Shown: positions 62,539 to 64,000 of the stretch, in pieces
Layout of the letters: every line of letters starts with the position of its first letter
Position numbering within the stretch: the stretch's first letter is position 1
Assembly: GCA_030390025.1 (NCBI GenBank)
Contig: CM059431.1
Span: 154,506,001 to 154,570,000 of the forward strand
Reading direction: 5' to 3'
From: Squalus acanthias
Lineage: Eukaryota
DNA: 64,000 bases
Translations under genes and position numbers: made by a program
The notes under the pieces: generated by a model
Seen by the model: only the letters and a program-made list of their open reading frames with translations
Database searches by the model: none
Told to the model about the DNA's origin: nothing

Positions 62539-62805
62539 GGCTTAAATTTGCTGTCGGAGGCTTCCCGCGGGAGGATGACTCCAACAGGCAAGAAATCTAC
62601 GAAATTACCTTTTGCCTCGGCAAACAATAATTTTCAAATTATTGAAAAAAATGTATTTTTCGGTTTTTAAAAACTCTCACGCTTGTAAAAGCAAATAGCG
62701 CAACTCTCTACCCGCGGAAGCCTTTTTCTTGGGGATGCGGAGGATCTGTAGAGAAAATTGTTGACAGATCGCAAGTTCGGCTTTAGCGCATGCGCGGCAA
62801 ATGTC
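62539..62805. mobile_element. Left part of a Harbinger-type MITE, cut by CR1
   Basis: GGGCTTAAATTT terminus and a subterminal hairpin. Shares ACAGATCGCAAG..TTTAGCGCATGCG with ~31527-31557. Confidence 0.5.
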
Positions 62806-62806
62806 T

Positions 62807-64000
62807 AAACATAGAAACATAGAAACATAGAAACATAGAAGATAGGAGCAGGAGTAGGCCATTCGGCCCATCGAGCCTGCTTCGCAATTCGATGAGATCA
62901 TGGCTGATCATCCAAATTCAGTAACCTGTACCTGCCTTCTCCCCATATCCCTTGAAACCTTTACCTTTAAGAAATATATCTAACTCATTCTTGAATATAT
63001 TTAATGACTTTGCCTCAACTACCTTCTGTGGTAGAGAATTCCACAGGTTCACCACTCTCTGGGTGAAGACATTCTTCCTCATTTCTGTCCTAAATGGCTT
63101 ACCCCTTATCCTTAGATTATGAGCCCTGGTTCTGGACTCTGCGACCATCGGGAACCTTCTTCCTGCATCTAGTTTGTCCAGACCTGTCAGAATTTTATAT
63201 GTTTCGATGAGATCACCTCTCATTCTTCTATACTCCAGCGTGTATAAGCCCAATCGACCCAATCTCTCCTCATATGTCATTCCTGCCTTCCCAGGTATCA
63301 GCCTTGTGAATCTTCGCTGAACTCCTTCCAAGGCAAGAACATCCTTCCTCAGATAAGGCGACCAAAACTGCACACAGTTCTCAAGGTGTGGTCTCACCAA
63401 GGCCCTGTACAACTGCAGCAGGACATCCCTGTTCCTATACTCAAACCATTTCGCTATGAAGGCCAACATACCATTTGCCTTCTTCACCGCCTGCTGCACC
63501 TGCATGCTTAGCTTCAGCGAGTGGTGCACAAGGACATCCAGGTCTCGTTGCACTACCCCTTCTCCCAATCTATTGCCATTCAGATAATAGTCTGCCTTTC
63601 TGTTTTTGAAATCAAAGTATATAACCTCGCATTTATCCACGTTATATTGCATCTGCCACGCTTCTGCCCACTCACACAACCTGTCCAAATAATCCTGGAG
63701 TTTCTCGGTGTCCTCCTCGCTGCACACACGCCCACCCAGCTTTGTGTCATCTGCAAACTTGGAGATATTATATTTAGTTCCCTTATCTAGATCATTAATG
63801 TATATTGTGAATAGCTGGGGTCCAAGGACCGATCCCTGCGGTACCCCACTATTCACTGACTGCCACTCGGCAAAAGACCCATTATTTCCTACTCTTTGCT
63901 TTCTGTCCGCCAACTGGTTCTCTATCCACGTCAATACCTTGCCCCCAATCCCATGTGCCTTAAATTTACACGCTAATCTCTTATGCTGGACCTTATCTAA
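62807..64000 (-). mobile_element. CR1 3' portion running off the window end
   Basis: ORF 62918-63934 is an open RT C-terminus. (GAAACATA)n tail. Confidence 0.95.

Noticed and set aside
62178..62670. HNVQ-repeat and Cys-rich ORFs
   Set aside because: By-products of a minisatellite with a period divisible by 3. No splice or domain support.

Overview
Eukaryotic, vertebrate DNA, most likely from a shark or other elasmobranch, inferred from the HE1-like V-SINEs and HER1/CR1-type LINEs. Most of the window is transposable element: many nested CR1 LINEs of different ages, plus RTE and L2 fragments, V-SINEs, Harbinger-type MITEs and a rearranged PIF/Harbinger element with a DDE transposase and a convergent, intron-containing Myb/SANT gene. 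The notable signals are as follows. (1) CR1 ORF1 ends on an in-frame U_UUA_AAC slippery heptamer. Its -1 frame runs, stop-free and AUG-free, into the ORF2 endonuclease. The heptamer is present in three CR1 subfamilies, suggesting -1 programmed ribosomal frameshifting. (2) Four short TSD-flanked Penelope-type insertions (three of them foldback) carry minimal hammerhead ribozyme motifs of two families; three motifs have an intact core. (3) Spliced exons of a CARD/death-fold gene lie on the + strand next to a CpG-rich, possibly bidirectional promoter at about 48 kb. A decayed FCS/TRASH-type zinc-finger exon lies on the - strand at about 34.6 kb. (4) An approximately 3.4-kb tandem segmental duplication provides filled and empty insertion sites. 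Coordinates were read by eye, and boundaries of old elements are approximate.
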